NCBI GenBank assembly: GCA_000002445.1
Contig: CP000071.1
Span: 480,001 to 544,000, forward strand
DNA length: 64,000 bases
From: Trypanosoma brucei
Taxonomy: Eukaryota
Direction of reading: 5' to 3'
The position numbers were made by a program, and so were the translations under genes. This document shows, piece after piece, positions 63,721 to 64,000 of this stretch; position 1 is the stretch's first letter; each line of letters opens with the position of its first letter. A model generated the notes under the pieces. The model had not been told where the DNA came from, did not search any database, and saw only the letters and a list, made by a program, of their open reading frames with translations.

Positions 63721-64000
63721 ATGATGCTACCGGCGTGTGTAATCCCGATGCATGGCGCATTGAAACTCGCCATACTGCTGATGTTGGTATGGTGCTGTTC
63801 CTTGTGTCTCGCGAAGTCAGGTGACCGCTGCATGTTCGATGAAATTGCGGCGAAAGCTGGACGTCCACGGGTTTTGGCGCTGCGAAGGACTAAAGCAGGC
63901 ATGGAGAATGTAAAGTATGACAGGACAGGTTCCGTTGACCCTGAGTGGCAGCACATCCGTATTGTTGTTTTCGCAGAAGACATGAAGGACCGGTCGCGAT
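63721..64000 (+). CDS. MSP-B: Leishmanolysin/GP63, tandem copy 4 (3'-partial; runs off the window)
   Basis: The start and flanks match copies 2 and 3. One A at 63824 changes codon 35 from Gly to Asp (LAKSGDRCMF). Confidence 0.75.
   Translation, partial: MMLPACVIPMHGALKLAILLMLVWCCSLCLAKSGDRCMFDEIAAKAGRPRVLALRRTKAGMENVKYDRTGSVDPEWQHIRIVVFAEDMKDRSR

Larger units (their letters stand above)
57093..64000 (+). repeat. GP63 gene tandem array (2193-bp unit: 1665-bp CDS plus 528-bp spacer)
   Basis: ORF ends at 58806, 60999 and 63192 are spaced exactly 2193 bp apart. Spacers are identical between copies 2, 3 and 4. Confidence 0.95.

Overview
This is eukaryotic, not prokaryotic, DNA, and it has the organisation of a trypanosomatid polycistronic transcription unit. 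Every convincing ORF is on the + strand. The genes are intron-less except for one. Intergenic regions are long, with polypyrimidine tracts and (TG)/(CA)/(TA) microsatellites. From memory, the gene order matches the Trypanosoma brucei chromosome 8 MSP-B (GP63) locus; that is recognition, not a database result.

The window contains about 14 protein-coding genes:
- a large 5'-partial protein with WD40-like repeats;
- an SDHAF4/DUF1674-like small protein;
- an N/Q-rich Cys/His-cluster protein;
- a DDX5/Dbp2-type DEAD-box helicase;
- a CoA-pyrophosphatase-like Nudix protein;
- a GPR89/Golgi-pH-regulator homologue;
- two LRR proteins;
- a coiled-coil protein;
- an EMC8/9-like protein;
- a Sulfotransfer_4-like protein;
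- a 4304-aa HECT E3 ligase;
- a lysyl-tRNA synthetase;
- a tandem array of at least 3.3 near-identical leishmanolysin/GP63 metalloprotease genes (2193-bp period).

Two things are most worth a second look. First, the helicase ORF stops inside motif VI (HRIG|) at a GTATGT. Motif VI then resumes in frame 1324 nt downstream, directly after an AG. This looks like a rare kinetoplastid cis-spliced intron (12054..13377). Second, a 649-bp tandem array of about 5.7 copies lies between the lysyl-tRNA synthetase and the GP63 array. It is enriched in C-box-like UGAUGA and CUGA motifs, so it is a candidate snoRNA cluster. That is a hypothesis I could not confirm from sequence alone.
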